Source of the DNA: Oscillibacter sp.
GTDB taxonomy: Bacteria; Bacillota; Clostridia; Oscillospirales; Oscillospiraceae
DNA: 56,129 nt
Direction of reading: 5' to 3'
Assembly: GCA_014799915.1 (NCBI GenBank)
Contig: JAAVHD010000015.1
Location: forward strand, 14,367-70,495
Shown here: piece after piece, positions 48,926-56,129 of the stretch
Layout of the letters: every line of letters starts with the position of its first letter
Numbering within the stretch: the stretch's first letter is position 1
Translations under genes and position numbers: made by a program
The notes under the pieces: generated by a model
The model's input: only the letters and a program-made list of their open reading frames with translations
Databases searched by the model: none
What the model was told of the DNA's origin: nothing

Positions 48926-51900
48926 TTAAAAATCTTCTTCATCGTCACCGTCATCACCGGCGGCGAAATCATCGTCGTCATCATCGTCAATATCCTCGAT
49001 GCCGTAGCCGGACTCCTCAAGAGCCTCCTCATCGGCCACATACTCCTCACGCTCGTCCCGGTCCTCACGGTCCATGCGGGCGAGGTTGAAGGTGGTCATC
49101 TCGTCGTCATCGTCCTTCAGCTCGATGACGTTGCCGTCCTTATCCAGCACCTGGATATCCAAGCACAGGGCCTGGAGCTCCTTGACCAGCACCTTGAAGG
49201 ACTCGGGCACGCCGGGCTTGGGCACGTTGTGACCCTTGACGATGGATTCGTAGGTGTGGACACGTCCCGTGACGTCGTCGGACTTCACGGTCAGGATCTC
49301 CTGGAGGGTGTAGGACGCGCCGTAGGCCTCCAGGGCCCACACTTCCATTTCGCCGAACCGCTGGCCGCCGAACTGGGCCTTGCCGCCCAGAGGCTGCTGG
49401 GTGACCAGGGAGTAGGGGCCGGTGGAACGGGCGTGGATCTTATCGTCCACCAGGTGGTGGAGCTTCATAAAGTAGACGTAGCCAACAGTGACCTTGTTGT
49501 CAAACCGCTCGCCGGTGCGGCCATCGTAGAGCCAGCTCTTGCCCTCGGGGTCCAGACCGGCCTCCTGGAGGGCTTCGGCGATGTCCTGCTCGTTGGCCCC
49601 GTCGAAGATGGGGGTGGCGACCTTCCAGCCCAGGGTCTTGGCGGCGTAGCCCAGATGGACCTCCAGCACCTGGCCGATGTTCATACGGGAGGGCACGCCC
49701 AGGGGGTTCAGCACGATGTCCAGCGGCGTGCCGTCGGGCAGGAAGGGCATATCCTCCTGGGGCAGGATGCGGGAGACGACGCCCTTGTTGCCGTGGCGGC
49801 CTGCCATCTTGTCGCCCACGGAGATCTTCCGCTTCTGGGCGATATAGACCCGGACCACCTGGTTGACGCCCGGCCCCAGCTCGTCGCCGGCCTCGCGGGT
49901 GAATACCTTGGCGTCCACTACAATGCCGCTCTCGCCGTGGGGGACTTTCAGGGAGGTATCGCGGACCTCACGGGCCTTCTCGCCGAAGATGGCCCGCAGC
50001 AGGCGCTCCTCAGCGGTCAGGTCGGTCTCGCCCTTGGGCGTGACCTTGCCCACCAGGATATCGCCGGCACGAACCTCCGCGCCGATGCGGATGATGCCCC
50101 GCTCGTCCAGATCCCGCAGGGCGTCCTCGCCCACGTTGGGGATATCCCGGGTGATCTCCTCGGGTCCCAGCTTGGTGTCACGGGAGTCGATCTCGTACTC
50201 CTCAATGTGGATGGAAGTGTATACATCCTCGCGGACCATGCGCTCGTTCAGCAGGACGGCGTCCTCGTAGTTGTAGCCCTCCCAGGTCATGAAGCCCACC
50301 AGGATGTTCCGGCCCAGGGCGATCTCGCCCTGCTCGGTGGCGGGACCGTCGGCCAGCACGGTGGGGGAGATGCCCTTCTCGGGGTCCGCCCCGTGGACGC
50401 GCTCACCCACGTTGACAATGGGCCGCTGGTTGATACAGGTGGTATGGTTGGAGCGGAGGTACTTGACCAGCTTGTAGTCCTTGGTCTCCCCGCTGTCGTA
50501 CTTGACGGAGATGGAGGTGGCATCTACCTTGGTGACCTCGCCGTCGCCCTCGGCCAGCACCACGATCTCGGAGTCCATGCAGATCTTGTGCTCCATGCCG
50601 GTGCCGATGATGGGGGCCTCAGGCCGGAGCAGGGGCACCGCCTGGCGCTGCATGTTGGCGCCCATCAGGGCGCGGTTGGCGTCGTCGTTGGGCAGGAAGG
50701 GGATCATGGCGGAGGCGATGGACACCATCATGCGGGGGCTAATGTCCACGAAGTCCACCTTGTCCCGCTCCACGCCCACCACCTCGTCGCGGTGGCGGCA
50801 GGTGATACGCTCGTTGATAAAGCGGCCGTTCTCGTCCACAGGCTCAGCGGCCTGTGCCACGATATACTGGTCCTCTACGTCCGCGGTCATATAGACCACT
50901 TCGTCGGTGAGGCAGCCGGTCTCATGGTCTACCTTCCGGAAGGGGGCCTCAATAAAGCCGTACTCGTTGATCCGGGCATAGGTGGCCAGATAGTTGATCA
51001 GGCCGATGTTAGGACCTTCGGGGGTCTCGATGGGGCACATGCGGCCATAGTGGCTGTAGTGGACGTCGCGCACGTCCATGCTGGCCCGCTCTCTGGACAG
51101 ACCGCCGGGGCCCAGGGCGGACAGACGCCGCTTGTGGGTCAGCTCCGCCAGGGGGTTGGTCTGATCCATGAACTGGGACAGGGGGGAGGAGCCGAAGAAC
51201 TCTTTAATAGCCGCGGTGACAGGCCGGATGTTGATCAGGCTCTGGGGTGTGACGATGTCCAGATCCTGGATGGTCATACGCTCCCGGATGACACGCTCCA
51301 TGCGGGAAAAGCCGATGCGGAACTGGTTCTGGAGCAGCTCGCCCACGCAGCGCAGGCGGCGGTTGCCCAGGTGGTCGATGTCATCCTTGGTGGTCAGACT
51401 GTGGCCCAGGGCGTTCATATAGTTGATGGATGCCAGGATGTCGTCCACGATGATGTGCTTGGGCACCAGGTCGTCCGCGTGGGAGCGGATGGCGTACTTC
51501 AAATCGTCGCCCTCATACTGGGTGAGCAGCTCCTGGAGCACGTCGTAGCGCACCCGCTCCTTGATGCCGCACTCGGCCAGGGGATCGAAGTCCACATACC
51601 GGCTCAGATCGCACATGTGGTTGGAGAAAATGCGGAAGGGGCTGCCGTCCACGTCCACCGTGACCTCGTTGACGCCGATGGCGTCCAGCTCCCGCAGTTC
51701 ATTGCGGGTGAGCACGTGGCCGGGCTCGTAGAGCAGCTCGCCAGTGGCGGGATGGACCACGGGCTCCATCAGGGTCCTGTCCGCAGCCCGGACCCACAGG
51801 GCCAGCTTCTTGTTGAACTTGTACCGGCCCACGGTGCTCAGATCGTACCGCCGGGGGTCGAAGAACAGGCCGTTGATGAGCGTCTCAGCGGAGTCCACCG

Positions 51901-52639
51901 TGGGGGGCTCGCCGGGGCGCAGCTTGCGGTAGATCTCCAGCAGGGCCTCCTCGTAGGTCTTGCAGCTGTCCTTCTCCAGGGTGGCCCGGATGGTGGGATC
52001 GTCGCCGAAGGCGTCCAGAATATCCGTGTCCTCCCTGAGGCCCAGCGCACGGATCAGGCAGGTGATAGGCAGCTTGCGGTTTTTGTCGATGCGGACCCAG
52101 AACAGCTCGTTGGAGTCCGTCTCATACTCCAGCCAAGCGCCCCGGTAGGGGATCAGCTGGGAGGTGAGGATGGGCAGATCGGTCTTGACGTCGACCTCCT
52201 TGCCGTAATAGATGCCAGGGGAGCGGACGATCTGGGAAACCACAACGCGCTCCGCACCGTTGACGATGAAGGTGCCGGACTTGGTCATGAGAGGGAAGTC
52301 CCCCATGAAGATCTCCTGCTCCTTGATGACGTCGGTCTTCTTGTTGCGCAGGCGCACCGTGACCTTCAGGGGCGCGGCGTAGTTCACGTCCCGGGCCTTG
52401 CACTCCTCCACGTCATACTTGGGAGGCTCGTCCATGCTGAAGTCGATGAAGCTCAGCTCCAGGGTGTCGGCGTAGTCGCTGATGACGCCCACGTCGGCGA
52501 ACACTTCCTTCAGGCCGGTGTCCAGGAACCACTGGTAGGAGTCCTTCTGGATCTCCAGCAGGTTGGGCATGGGCATGATCTCCTCATGCCGGGCAAAGTT
52601 CTTCCGCAGGGTTTTGCCGTAGTACTTGTCCTTGGCCAT
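48926..52639 (-). CDS. rpoB: DNA-directed RNA polymerase subunit beta
   Basis: 1237 aa. Motifs [30 protein letters not shown] and [18 protein letters not shown]. Confidence 0.97.
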   Translation of the reverse strand: MAKDKYYGKTLRKNFARHEEIMPMPNLLEIQKDSYQWFLDTGLKEVFADVGVISDYADTLELSFIDFSMDEPPKYDVEECKARDVNYAAPLKVTVRLRNKKTDVIKEQEIFMGDFPLMTKSGTFIVNGAERVVVSQIVRSPGIYYGKEVDVKTDLPILTSQLIPYRGAWLEYETDSNELFWVRIDKNRKLPITCLIRALGLREDTDILDAFGDDPTIRATLEKDSCKTYEEALLEIYRKLRPGEPPTVDSAETLINGLFFDPRRYDLSTVGRYKFNKKLALWVRAADRTLMEPVVHPATGELLYEPGHVLTRNELRELDAIGVNEVTVDVDGSPFRIFSNHMCDLSRYVDFDPLAECGIKERVRYDVLQELLTQYEGDDLKYAIRSHADDLVPKHIIVDDILASINYMNALGHSLTTKDDIDHLGNRRLRCVGELLQNQFRIGFSRMERVIRERMTIQDLDIVTPQSLINIRPVTAAIKEFFGSSPLSQFMDQTNPLAELTHKRRLSALGPGGLSRERASMDVRDVHYSHYGRMCPIETPEGPNIGLINYLATYARINEYGFIEAPFRKVDHETGCLTDEVVYMTADVEDQYIVAQAAEPVDENGRFINERITCRHRDEVVGVERDKVDFVDISPRMMVSIASAMIPFLPNDDANRALMGANMQRQAVPLLRPEAPIIGTGMEHKICMDSEIVVLAEGDGEVTKVDATSISVKYDSGETKDYKLVKYLRSNHTTCINQRPIVNVGERVHGADPEKGISPTVLADGPATEQGEIALGRNILVGFMTWEGYNYEDAVLLNERMVREDVYTSIHIEEYEIDSRDTKLGPEEITRDIPNVGEDALRDLDERGIIRIGAEVRAGDILVGKVTPKGETDLTAEERLLRAIFGEKAREVRDTSLKVPHGESGIVVDAKVFTREAGDELGPGVNQVVRVYIAQKRKISVGDKMAGRHGNKGVVSRILPQEDMPFLPDGTPLDIVLNPLGVPSRMNIGQVLEVHLGYAAKTLGWKVATPIFDGANEQDIAEALQEAGLDPEGKSWLYDGRTGERFDNKVTVGYVYFMKLHHLVDDKIHARSTGPYSLVTQQPLGGKAQFGGQRFGEMEVWALEAYGASYTLQEILTVKSDDVTGRVHTYESIVKGHNVPKPGVPESFKVLVKELQALCLDIQVLDKDGNVIELKDDDDEMTTFNLARMDREDRDEREEYVADEEALEESGYGIEDIDDDDDDDFAAGDDGDDEEDF

Positions 52640-52790
52640 GTTAAAATACTCATCTGCCTTTCCGCGCCCCGCCCGGAGGGGAGAGACGCCAAATTTTCAT
52701 ACAATTCCGATACGCACGGGCCGGTTGATAATTTTAATGTAAAAACCTATTGCGTTTTTCGTGGGAAAATGCTATACTGAAAATAACTTG

Positions 52791-52815
52791 GAGGGGTAGT
52801 CGTACCCCTCTTTTT
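52791..52815 (+). terminator. Strong hairpin plus T5 on the + strand inside the rpoB leader region
   Basis: gaggggta-gtcg-tacccctc followed by ttttt. On the rpoB (minus) strand it is a hairpin without a U-tract. Confidence 0.4.
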
Positions 52816-52829
52816 GGTCATAGCAATTC

Positions 52830-52858
52830 AGTTTACTATTTTTCCCTTGATTTGTCAA
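52830..52858 (-). promoter_or_regulatory. Candidate SigA promoter for rpoBC
   Basis: Minus strand TTGACA-17 nt-TAAACT, about 190 nt upstream of the rpoB start. The -35 lies inside the palindrome ttcccttga-tttg-tcaagggaa (52842-52863). Confidence 0.4.
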
Positions 52859-52894
52859 GGGAATTTTTGTACCTATTATAATGATTTAGTCACT

Positions 52895-52940
52895 AAAAAC
52901 AGCTTGCAGGAACCACTGAGGTGCCTGCAAGCTGTTTTTT
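52895..52940. terminator. Bidirectional terminator at the edge of the low-GC island
   Basis: aaaaa-cagcttgcagg-(13-nt loop)-cctgcaagctg-tttttt. Confidence 0.7.
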
Positions 52941-53188
52941 ATGTCCGCTAGGATCGGAGGAGGCTGGAGTTGATCTGGACTGCTAACTAGCCTGTGAGGT
53001 TGATCCGGAGAGCGGAGTGAGCTATGTTGTTGAGGCAGACTACCGGTACGATTTGACAGATGTTCCTCCGACTCTTTCTGGATACTTTCTGCGAATGCGA
53101 CATTTGTCTGAATAATTTGGAGACGAAGCTGAAAGAAGAAGCTGTTGTATATGGAGCCGAAGTGAGCGAAAGTTCCTTGGATTGAGGG

Positions 53189-53218
53189 TTGCAAAAAGGA
53201 GCAGTCATCGGCTATAAT
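53189..53218 (+). promoter_or_regulatory. SigA-type promoter upstream of the dsdA operon leader
   Basis: TTGCAA-18 nt-TATAAT. Confidence 0.5.
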
Positions 53219-53232
53219 AGATACAGAGAGTG

Positions 53233-53385
53233 ATGGACGAGGAGCGGAAGCGGCAAGGCAATCGAAGAAACCATATACCGGTGTATCGAGGAAAATGTAC
53301 CGGCACTGTTTTTGATGACACGTCAGAAGGAGACAGCGGCAATCATGGTGGCGTTGTTGCTTCAGAAGCAATGATTGCGTTCTAA
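53233..53385 (+). other. Leader region with a possible 50-codon ORF (MDEERKRQGNRRNHIPVYRGKCTGTVFDDTSEGDSGNHGGVVASEAMIAF)
   Basis: Lies between the promoter at 53189-53218 and the terminator at 53404-53422. The RBS is weak (agagag) and the peptide matches no family I recognise. It may be non-coding leader RNA. Confidence 0.25.
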
Positions 53386-53403
53386 TGGATCAATAAGGGG
53401 GTG

Positions 53404-53422
53404 GGGTGGTCTCCACCCTTTT
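53404..53422 (+). terminator. Short GC hairpin plus T4 (candidate attenuator) before the dsdA operon
   Basis: gggtgg-tct-ccaccc-tttt, 30 nt upstream of ATG 53452. Confidence 0.4.
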
Positions 53423-53451
53423 ATCCATTATTGGAGAAGGGGCGGCGAAGT

Positions 53452-53970
53452 ATGGAGCTGGGACTGACAATTCCGTTGCAAAGACATCTGAAGATCAGAA
53501 CCATCCCGTATGGGGAGGAGCCAGAGCGCAAATTCTGCTGGGATCTCCATGTGATCACGCTGCATGGTCGGGCCAGTCTGCTGGCTGTCCACTGTTACAG
53601 CCGTTATACCTTTATATTGTATGATTTGAGCAGCTGGGAGTGGGATAATCTACTGGAGACATTTTTGATAGGATTGCGGCAAAACTTTCAAAATATCGGT
53701 ATCTCGGATGCGATTATAGATAGCTATTTCGGACATGCTGGTGCGCCGCAGATAACCAAAACTCATGGCAGAAGGGAAGTAGCATATCTTAACCGTGCCT
53801 GGGAGGATGTCATGTCTTTTGACTATACTCTGGACCGATCTGCAAAAGCGCAGCCCATATTGGATCATGCTGTGAACACAAAATTATGTCGCTGCGCTGG
53901 GATAGAGGGCTTGGGGAAAGCAGAAGAAAGGCTATTGCAGAGTTTGCAAAATATGGGAGGGAAGGGCTGA
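53452..53970 (+). CDS. Conserved-looking hypothetical protein (172 aa)
   Basis: ATG 53452 is preferred because the listed GTG 53401 would run through the terminator hairpin. No motif I can name. First gene of a 3-gene unit with dsdA. Confidence 0.55.
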   Translation: MELGLTIPLQRHLKIRTIPYGEEPERKFCWDLHVITLHGRASLLAVHCYSRYTFILYDLSSWEWDNLLETFLIGLRQNFQNIGISDAIIDSYFGHAGAPQITKTHGRREVAYLNRAWEDVMSFDYTLDRSAKAQPILDHAVNTKLCRCAGIEGLGKAEERLLQSLQNMGGKG

Positions 53971-54134
53971 TGCTGGCCTACACATATTCTGGAGTGAGGA
54001 AAACGAAACGCTGGACATCTATCAAGGTATGGTACCAGAACGAGAAATTCCGGGTGTGTTGCAAGACCTTTACTGGCTGGACGGCACAGACCATCCAGCG
54101 TGAGGTCGATCACGGTAAAGAAATTCTGATTTGA
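53970..54134 (+). CDS. Small protein (54 aa), translationally coupled
   Basis: The ATG overlaps the upstream stop (TGATG at 53968-53972). Sequence MLAYTYSGVRKTKRWTSIKVWYQNEKFRVCCKTFTGWTAQTIQREVDHGKEILI. Ends 27 nt before the dsdA ATG. Confidence 0.4.
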   Translation: MLAYTYSGVRKTKRWTSIKVWYQNEKFRVCCKTFTGWTAQTIQREVDHGKEILI

Positions 54135-54160
54135 TAATCAATTCCGGGGTGAATAGGACG

Positions 54161-55483
54161 ATGGATGACTACATTATTACGAAAGCGCCAATTATAGAGG
54201 CGATGCAGAAGGGAAAGGAAGTTGTCTGGATCAACCCAGATAAGCGCCCTTTTGCGGAGAGTGCATGTACCTGCGAACTGTCGATGAAGGATGTGGACGA
54301 TGCCGAGGCCAGACTGCTGCGGTTTGCACCGTTTATTATGAAATGCTTTCCTGAAACGAGGGACAGAGGCGGATTGATCGAATCCTCCTTGACCAGTATC
54401 CCCAGGATGAAAGATTTGGTGAACCGGAAATACAACAGTGGCATTTCCGGAACATTGCTCCTAAAGCAGGACAGTCATCTTGCGATTGCCGGTTCTGTCA
54501 AAGCACGGGGCGGGATCTATGAAGTTCTGAAGCATACGGAAGATCGGGCCCTGGCACATGGGCTGCTGTCCCTTGAAGACGACTATGCAAAGCTGGCGGA
54601 CCCGGAGTGCCGGACGTTCTTTGAACAGTATACGGTCCAGGTGGGTTCTACCGGAAATCTCGGAATGAGCATTGGAATTATGAGTGCGGCGATTGGATAT
54701 CAGGTGATCGTCCATATGTCCGCAGACGCGAAGCAGTGGAAAAAGGAGCTGCTGCGAAGCCACGGCGTTACTGTCATGGAATATCAATCAGACTATAGTG
54801 AAGCTGTGAAGCACGGACGGAAGCTTTCTGACGAAAATCCCAACAGCTATTTTGTTGATGACGAAAATTCCAGAAATCTCTTTTTAGGCTATGCTGTTGC
54901 AGCAAAGAGACTGGTGGGACAGCTGCAGGAGAAGAACATTGTTATTAATAGGGAACACCCGCTGTTCGTTTATATCCCCTGTGGAGTAGGCGGAGCACCG
55001 GGTGGAATCAGTTTTGGTCTGAAGCAGATATGGGGTGACGATGTCCATTGCTTTTTCGTGGAGCCTGTCCAGGCCCCATGTATGCTGGTGGGGATGGCAT
55101 CCGGCTTAAATAGCACCATTTCTGTGCAGGATATTGGGCTGTCCGGCAGGACACATGCGGATGGGCTGGCTGTCGGCCGTGCCTCAGGATTTGTTGGGGA
55201 TATTATGAAGCCTCTGCTCAGCGGAGAATTTACAATCCAGGATGCAAAGCTGTATGACTATATGCGGGATATGCTTGACGCGGAAGGAATTTTCCTGGAG
55301 CCGAGTGCATGTGCGGCTTTTCAGGGCATTGTGACGATGAACAAGAGTGAAGAAATGCGCCGGTATCTGGAAGATAATAGGCTGACTGATAAGATGGCAG
55401 ATGCAGTCCATATTGCCTGGGCTACCGGGGGGAGCCTGGTTCCCGATAAAATTCGGGAAGAATACCGTCAAACGTATCTTTAA
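54161..55483 (+). CDS. dsdA: D-serine ammonia-lyase (D-serine dehydratase)
   Basis: Collinear match to E. coli DsdA motifs: LLLKQDSHLAIAGSVKARGGIYEVL (PLP lysine), VGSTGNLGMSIGIMSA, HMSADAKQWKK, FVDDENSRNLFLGY, CGVGGAPGG, ADGLAVGRASGFVG, WATGG. Confidence 0.9.
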   Translation: MDDYIITKAPIIEAMQKGKEVVWINPDKRPFAESACTCELSMKDVDDAEARLLRFAPFIMKCFPETRDRGGLIESSLTSIPRMKDLVNRKYNSGISGTLLLKQDSHLAIAGSVKARGGIYEVLKHTEDRALAHGLLSLEDDYAKLADPECRTFFEQYTVQVGSTGNLGMSIGIMSAAIGYQVIVHMSADAKQWKKELLRSHGVTVMEYQSDYSEAVKHGRKLSDENPNSYFVDDENSRNLFLGYAVAAKRLVGQLQEKNIVINREHPLFVYIPCGVGGAPGGISFGLKQIWGDDVHCFFVEPVQAPCMLVGMASGLNSTISVQDIGLSGRTHADGLAVGRASGFVGDIMKPLLSGEFTIQDAKLYDYMRDMLDAEGIFLEPSACAAFQGIVTMNKSEEMRRYLEDNRLTDKMADAVHIAWATGGSLVPDKIREEYRQTYL

Positions 55484-55667
55484 TGCTGAGAGCCTGCCCG
55501 AATAAAAGAGTCTGTCATCTCAACTGCATTGTTTCCAGGAATCCAAATTGTTCATATCAGAACGCAGAATAATTGCTTTCATGAGCCCGGTATGTGCAGA
55601 TAGGGAATAGATGATTCTGCGGATGATCAAGAAAACAATGCTTTACATCAATATTCGATCTGGTTCG

Positions 55668-56129
55668 TTATGTGTTTGAATCTGGTAGGACATATGTCTC
55701 CGACAACTCCATTCCGCTGGATTTTCCGCGTGTTGGAGAAGGTGGGGGGAGTGCTCCATTGATCCATGCGGTGGATACGTCCATCGCCATACGGCAGGCG
55801 TTGGTTTGATCAAGTGCGTTGAGCATCACGAAATCGTGGATGATACCCTGTATGCAAAGGGCTGTGACATCTACTCCAGCACAGCGGAGACGTTCCCCGA
55901 AGGCTTGGCCTTCGCTGCGCAGGACATCCGCCTGACCGTTAATGATCATCGTATCTGGTAATTTCCGTAAGCAGTCTGTCCCGGCCAGCAGCGGCGAGGC
56001 TGTAATTTGAGTCCGGTCAGCTTTGCAGCAGGTATACTGATCCCAAAACCATTGCATTCCGGCGCGATACAGGTAATAATTTGCCGCAAACTGGCGATAG
56101 CTGGGCGTGTCAAAGCAGGCGTTGGTCAC
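55668..56129 (-). CDS. Alpha/beta hydrolase (esterase/lipase, HSL/Aes-like), C-terminal part; 5-prime end outside window
   Basis: The ORF is open to the window edge. MIINGQADVLRSEGQAFGERLRCAGVDVT...GIIHDF is the typical C-terminal Asp/His region of alpha/beta hydrolase fold-3 enzymes. Confidence 0.65.
   Translation of the reverse strand: MTNACFDTPSYRQFAANYYLYRAGMQWFWDQYTCCKADRTQITASPLLAGTDCLRKLPDTMIINGQADVLRSEGQAFGERLRCAGVDVTALCIQGIIHDFVMLNALDQTNACRMAMDVSTAWINGALPPPSPTRGKSSGMELSETYVLPDSNT

Noticed and set aside
52886-53371. 161-aa minus-strand ORF in the rpoB-dsdA spacer
   Set aside because: It has a TTG start without an RBS, runs straight through the bidirectional terminator at 52895-52940, and has no recognisable motif. 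The region fits better as promoter/leader DNA and possibly gene remnants.
53225-53425. Assigning the dsdA leader to the T-box or glycine-riboswitch class
   Set aside because: Only fragmentary motif matches are present (AGAGAG, GGGTGGT, GAAGCGGCAA). I could not build the P1/stem I or specifier architecture, so it is kept only as an unclassified candidate leader.
53401-53451. N-terminal extension of the 172-aa protein (listed ORF start GTG 53401)
   Set aside because: The extension is encoded by the terminator hairpin itself (gggtgg-tct-ccaccc-tttt) and lacks an RBS. ATG 53452 is the plausible start.

Overview
This is a high-GC (roughly 60-65% by eye) Clostridia-type chromosome segment from a spore former, since cotJ and cwlD are present. 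An Oscillospiraceae-like origin is only my guess. Positions 1-9975 hold the distal arm of a PBSX/skin-like contractile-tail prophage: tape measure C-terminus, XkdP-to-XkdU-like baseplate genes, two mosaic tail-fibre genes, holin and CHAP endolysin. Its right end abuts a 33-codon stump of the spore-coat gene cotJC, so the prophage appears to split the cotJ operon. I rate this the best candidate for something new. To the right come a CotJA-CotJB fusion gene and cwlD, then a D-aminoacylase / Na-solute symporter / YgeY peptidase cluster and a PRTase-like gene. A complete histidine operon (hisZ-G-D-C-B-H-A-F-IE) follows, headed by a YerC/TrpR-like regulator. After it lie AraC and GNAT genes, a secreted M3 metallopeptidase with SLH anchors, and an XRE regulator-ABC exporter pair. 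The remainder holds addB-addA, a sensor-less hybrid histidine kinase plus an HD-GYP protein, pepA, rpoB-rpoC, and a low-GC island carrying a dsdA operon. The non-genic signal is a roughly 255-nt multi-hairpin repeat present three times with compensatory stem substitutions, plus two other hairpin trains, one inside the his operon. I saw no rRNA, tRNA or CRISPR array. Most long ORFs opposite the real genes are GC-bias artefacts. All homology calls rest on motif recognition by eye, with no searches or folding run. Promoter and terminator calls are consensus matches only.
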